DNA from: Anaeromyxobacter sp.
Lineage (GTDB): Bacteria > Myxococcota > Myxococcia > Myxococcales > Anaeromyxobacteraceae
DNA: 64,000 nt
Direction of reading: 5' to 3'
Assembly (NCBI GenBank): GCA_035627135.1
Contig: DASPMI010000193.1
Span: forward strand, 1,708 to 65,707
Shown here: positions 59,973 to 64,000 of the stretch, piece by piece
How positions within the stretch are numbered: the first letter of the stretch is position 1
How the letters are laid out: each line of letters opens with the position of its first letter
Notes under the pieces: model-generated
Seen by the model: the letters and a program-made list of their open reading frames with translations, nothing else
Databases searched by the model: none
What the model was told of the DNA's origin: nothing
Program-made: the position numbers and the translations under genes

Positions 59973-59986
59973 TTGACCCACATCAA
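59973..59986. promoter_or_regulatory. FNR/Crp-family box TTGAC-CCAC-ATCAA
   Basis: One mismatch to TTGAT-N4-ATCAA, upstream of actA. Confidence 0.65.
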
Positions 59987-60108
59987 CCCTTCAGAGACCT
60001 TCCGGTCGAGGGTTGCGCCGAACAGTTTACGCCCCGGCGCGGGCCCGGGGTCCCAGAGGACGCCGTCATCTGCCATGACGGACCGGCGGCCCCTGCGCCC
60101 GCGAACCG

Positions 60109-60759
60109 ATGAGCGCACTCTTCAGCCGGAGATCCAACGCGCTGTTCAAGGCCGTGCTGGTGCTCCTCGTGGCCGGCGCCGCGGGGACCGTCTCGGCCCT
60201 GATGATCTACTGGCGGACGCCGTACGGCACCGGCCAGCAGGAGCAGGTCGCCCAGCCGGTCCAGTTCGACCACCGGCACCACATCCAGGACGACCTCATC
60301 GACTGCCGGTACTGCCACACGACCGTGGACACGGCGCCGAGCGCCGGGATCCCGTCGACCGAGCTCTGCCTCAACTGCCACTCGCAGGTCTGGAACAAGA
60401 GCCCGCTGCTCGATCTCGTTCGCGGCTCGTACTACTCCGGCGAGCCGATCCCGTGGGTGCGGGTGCACCGGCTCCCCGACTTCGTCTACTTCAACCACGC
60501 CGTCCACGTGAACAAGGGCGTGGGCTGCGCCGAGTGCCACGGCCGCGTCGATCTGATGCCGGCGATCCAGCAGGACCAGCCGCTCACCATGGGCTGGTGC
60601 ATGGACTGCCACCGGAACCCGTTCCCGCGCCTCCGGCCGCTCGACCAGGTCACGAACATGAGCTGGCAGCCCGAGGGCGATCCCGAGGAGCTCGGCCGCC
60701 GGCTGGCGAAGCAGAACAACGTCAGAGCGCGAACGGACTGCTACACATGCCATCGCTAG
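60109..60759 (+). CDS. actA: Alternative complex III pentaheme cytochrome c
   Basis: N-terminal TM; five CxxCH motifs; WVRVHRLPDFVYFNH. Confidence 0.93.
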   Translation: MSALFSRRSNALFKAVLVLLVAGAAGTVSALMIYWRTPYGTGQQEQVAQPVQFDHRHHIQDDLIDCRYCHTTVDTAPSAGIPSTELCLNCHSQVWNKSPLLDLVRGSYYSGEPIPWVRVHRLPDFVYFNHAVHVNKGVGCAECHGRVDLMPAIQQDQPLTMGWCMDCHRNPFPRLRPLDQVTNMSWQPEGDPEELGRRLAKQNNVRARTDCYTCHR

Positions 60760-63743
60760 GCAAGCTCCCCATCTACGGTCAAAGCACGTCGATCGCCCCG
60801 CGGTGGCGCAGCCCCGGCGAGCTCGAGACCTGGCTCGCGCGCGCCGAGCAGGCCTCGGCCGAGGCCGACCCGGCGGCGAAGCGCGGCTGGGACGAGTTCC
60901 CCGAGGGCGCGGCGGAGCCGCCGCAGGGCGTGAACCGCCGCTCTTTCCTCCAGCTCATGGGGGCCGCGGCCGGGCTCGCCGGGCTCCAGGCGTGCAAGCC
61001 GCGCCGCGAGCCGCTCGTGCCGTACGTCCGCCAGGTGGCGAACGTCATCCCGAGCGTGCCGAACGCGTACGCGACCGCCTTCGCCCGCGGTGGCCTGGCG
61101 GTGGGCGCCGTCGTGACGAGCTGGGAGGGGCGCCCGACCAAGATCGAGGGCAACCCCGAGCACCCGTCGTCGCTCGGCGCCACCGACGCCACGCTCCAGG
61201 CCGAGATCCTCGACCTCTACGACCCGGAGCGGACGCGCGGGGCGGTGCGCGATCGGCGGCACCTCGGGCCGGCGGCGCTGTTCGAGGAGCTCTCCGAGCT
61301 CGCCCGCGCGCACGAGAAGGACGGCGGCGCGCGCCTCCGCTTCCTCGTCGAGCCGACCAGCTCGCCCACGCTCGAGGACCTGCGGCGGCGGATCCTGGCG
61401 CGGTTCCCGCGCGCCCGGTTCACGGCATGGTCGAGCGAGTCCGACGCGCAGGCGCGCGCCGGGGCGGCGCTCGCGTTCGGGCGCCCGCTCGAGGCGCACT
61501 GGTCCCTCCCCGAGGCGGACGTCATCCTCGCCCTCGACGCCGACCTCCTCGCCCGGGACGGCGAGCCGCTCCGGCAGTCGCGCGAGTACGCGGGGCGGCG
61601 CGTGGACGCGGCGAAGATGAACCGCCTCTACGTCGCGGAGCCGGCCTACACGGTCACGGGCGGCATGGCGGATCACCGCTTCCGGATGCGCGCCGCCGAG
61701 GTGGTCGGGTTCGCGCGCGCGGTGGCGGCGGAGCTCGCCGCGCGGCACGGCCTCGCGACGCTCGCGCCGCTCGGCGGGAACGCGCCCGCGGGGCTCGAGA
61801 AGGCCGCGGCGGCGGTCGCGAACGACCTCGCGCGGGCGCGCGGCCGATCGCTCGTCGCCGCCGGGCCGCGGCAGCCGGCGGCGGTCCACGCGCTCGCGGC
61901 GGCGCTCAACGACGCGCTCGGCAACGCCGGCGTCACCGTGCGCTACCGCGCCTCCGCGCTGCTCGATCCCGAGGCGGGGCCTGGCGACCTCGCGGCCCTC
62001 GTCAAGGAGCTCCAGGCCGGGGCGGTGGACACGCTGGTCGTCACCGCCTGGAACCCGCTCTACACCGCCCCCGCCGATCTCGACCTGCGCGCCGCCTTCG
62101 GCAAGGCGCGGGAGCGGATCGTCCTCGCGCTGCGGGCCGACGAGACCTGGGCCGCCGCGACCTGGAAGGTGGCCGCCACCCATCCGCTCGAGGCCTGGGG
62201 CGATCTGCGCGCCCGCGACGGCACGGTGTCGATCGTCCAGCCGCTCATCGCGCCGCTCCGCGAGACGATCTCGGAGGTGGAGCTCCTCGCGGCCTTCGTC
62301 GACGCGGGGGACCGGGGCGGGCACGCCCTCGTCCGCGAGGGATGGCGCGCCCGGACCGGCGACCCCGGGTTCGACCTCCGGTGGAACGGCTGGCTGGCGG
62401 CGGGCGTCGTCGCCGGCTCCGCGTTCCCCGTCGAGACGCCCGCCCTCGACGCCGGCCGGATCGCCGCCGCGCTCGGGGACGTCCGCGCGCCGGGCGGCGG
62501 CGTCGAGGTGAACTTCGCGCTCGACTACAAGGTCCGCGACGGCCGGCAGCTCGACAACGCCTGGCTGCAGGAGCTCCCGGATCCGGTGACGAAGCTCACC
62601 TGGGACAACGCCGTGCACGTCTCGCCGGCGACGGCGAAGCGCCTCGGGCTCGCGAGCAAGGACGAGGTGCAGGTCTCCGTGAACGGCCGGACGGTCCAGG
62701 GCGGCGTGCTCGTCGTCCCCGGCCACGCCGACGACGCGGTGACCCTCGCGCTCGGCTACGGCCGGAAGGTGGCCGGCCCGGTCGGCAAGGGCACCGGCTT
62801 CGACGCGTACGCGCTGCGCAGCGCCGCGGCGCCGTGGTTCACGGGCGGCGGCGAGCTCCGCAGGACCGGCAAGAAGGTCGAGCTCGTCACCACCCAGGAG
62901 CACTTCGACATGGAGGGCCGGTACATCGCGCCGGCCTACGCCGCCTCCGAGCTCGCGCACGCGCAGGAGGAGCTCGAGCACCACCGCGGCATCCCGGCGA
63001 CGATCCACGAGCCCGTGGACTACTCCAAGCAGGACTACTCCTGGGGCATGAACATCGACCTGTCGCGCTGCATCGGCTGCGGCGCGTGCACGCTGGCCTG
63101 CCAGGCCGAGAACAACATCCCCACGGTCGGCAAGGCGCAGGTGGCGAAGAGCCGCGAGATGCACTGGCTCCGCGTCGACCGGTACTTCGAGGGCAGCCTC
63201 GAGGAGCCCACCTCCGTCTCGCAGCCCCTCGGCTGCGTCCACTGCGAGACCGCGCCCTGCGAGTACGTGTGCCCGGTGAACGCCACGGTGCACTCGGAGG
63301 AAGGGCTCAACCAGATGGTCTACAACCGGTGCGTCGGGACCCGGTACTGCTCGAACAACTGCCCGTACAAGGTCCGCCGGTTCAACTGGTTCGACTTCCA
63401 CGACCGCGCGTCGCCGACGCTCAAGATGCTCCACAACCCGGACGTCACCGTCCGCGCGCGCGGCGTCATGGAGAAGTGCACCTACTGCGTGCAGCGCATC
63501 GAGCGGGCGCGGAACTATCACGGGGCGCAGGGCGGGAAGATCGGCGGCGACGAGGTCCAGTCCGCCTGCCAGCAGGCGTGCCCGACCCAGGCGATCGTCT
63601 TCGGCAACCTGAACGACCCCGAGTCCACGGTCGCCCGCCGCCACCGCGACGGCCGGCGCTTCAACCTCCTCCACGAGCTCGGCACCCGGCCGCACACCGC
63701 CTACCTCGTGCAGCTCCGCAACCCCAACCCCGAGCTGGCATGA
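60747..63743 (+). CDS. actB: Alternative complex III ActB (molybdopterin-oxidoreductase-like plus Fe-S domain)
   Basis: Tat motif NRRSFL, KIEGNPEHP, CIGCGAC, CVHCETAPC, CVGTRYC, EKCTYC. Confidence 0.93.
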   Translation: MPSLGKLPIYGQSTSIAPRWRSPGELETWLARAEQASAEADPAAKRGWDEFPEGAAEPPQGVNRRSFLQLMGAAAGLAGLQACKPRREPLVPYVRQVANVIPSVPNAYATAFARGGLAVGAVVTSWEGRPTKIEGNPEHPSSLGATDATLQAEILDLYDPERTRGAVRDRRHLGPAALFEELSELARAHEKDGGARLRFLVEPTSSPTLEDLRRRILARFPRARFTAWSSESDAQARAGAALAFGRPLEAHWSLPEADVILALDADLLARDGEPLRQSREYAGRRVDAAKMNRLYVAEPAYTVTGGMADHRFRMRAAEVVGFARAVAAELAARHGLATLAPLGGNAPAGLEKAAAAVANDLARARGRSLVAAGPRQPAAVHALAAALNDALGNAGVTVRYRASALLDPEAGPGDLAALVKELQAGAVDTLVVTAWNPLYTAPADLDLRAAFGKARERIVLALRADETWAAATWKVAATHPLEAWGDLRARDGTVSIVQPLIAPLRETISEVELLAAFVDAGDRGGHALVREGWRARTGDPGFDLRWNGWLAAGVVAGSAFPVETPALDAGRIAAALGDVRAPGGGVEVNFALDYKVRDGRQLDNAWLQELPDPVTKLTWDNAVHVSPATAKRLGLASKDEVQVSVNGRTVQGGVLVVPGHADDAVTLALGYGRKVAGPVGKGTGFDAYALRSAAAPWFTGGGELRRTGKKVELVTTQEHFDMEGRYIAPAYAASELAHAQEELEHHRGIPATIHEPVDYSKQDYSWGMNIDLSRCIGCGACTLACQAENNIPTVGKAQVAKSREMHWLRVDRYFEGSLEEPTSVSQPLGCVHCETAPCEYVCPVNATVHSEEGLNQMVYNRCVGTRYCSNNCPYKVRRFNWFDFHDRASPTLKMLHNPDVTVRARGVMEKCTYCVQRIERARNYHGAQGGKIGGDEVQSACQQACPTQAIVFGNLNDPESTVARRHRDGRRFNLLHELGTRPHTAYLVQLRNPNPELA

Positions 63744-64000
63744 GTACCGCTCCCGACAAACTCCCGGTCCCCGATCCGCTGGAGTCCACCCCGGTGCTCG
63801 TGGGGCGCCCCGACGACCGCGCCCTGACGGAGAGCCTGCTCCGGCCCATCTCCACGCCGCCGGGCAAGGGCTGGAAGGCGATGATGGGCGTCCTCGCGCT
63901 CGGCGTGGGGCTGTGGCTCGTCTGCCTGTACAAGGTGATGTTCGAGGGGATCGGCGTCTGGGGGAACAACATCCCGGTCGGCTGGGCCTACGACATCACC
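63740..64000 (+). CDS. actC: NrfD-family ActC, N-terminal part (3' truncated by window)
   Basis: ATGA overlap with actB; GIGVWGNNIPVGWAYDI. Confidence 0.88.
   Translation, partial: MSTAPDKLPVPDPLESTPVLVGRPDDRALTESLLRPISTPPGKGWKAMMGVLALGVGLWLVCLYKVMFEGIGVWGNNIPVGWAYDIT

Overview
Very GC-rich myxobacterial (Anaeromyxobacter-like) chromosomal window of about 57 genes; most long ORFs in the supplied track are shadow frames. Core genes: secA 3' end, apt, nlpD-like/surE, rarD, lgt, sucAB, pyk, a DEAD-box helicase, hrpB, Hsp20, aat/clpS/clpA and the start of the alternative complex III operon (actABC). An accessory block (36-42 kb) holds a RAYT-type HUH tyrosine transposase bracketed by perfect 16-bp inverted repeats, a methyltransferase, two GT4s and a GH5 with an apparently permuted inserted CBM. 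Strongest leads: (i) an unannotated 78-aa gene whose promoter overlaps an exact match to the myxobacterial LexA box as I recall it, and which carries an Hda-type clamp-binding motif QLTLPL; (ii) many genes with a TAnnnT hexamer 6-7 nt before the start codon (leaderless mRNAs); (iii) a PerR-like operator on a rubrerythrin-less Fe-S/DUF3501 pair and an FNR-type box on actABC; (iv) at least three REP-like repeat families, one inserted in frame in hrpB; (v) a TMTC-like glycosyltransferase inside the aat-clpS-clpA cluster; (vi) a likely CTG start for pyk. No rRNA, tRNA or CRISPR array was seen. Family assignments come from motif recognition only; no searches were run.
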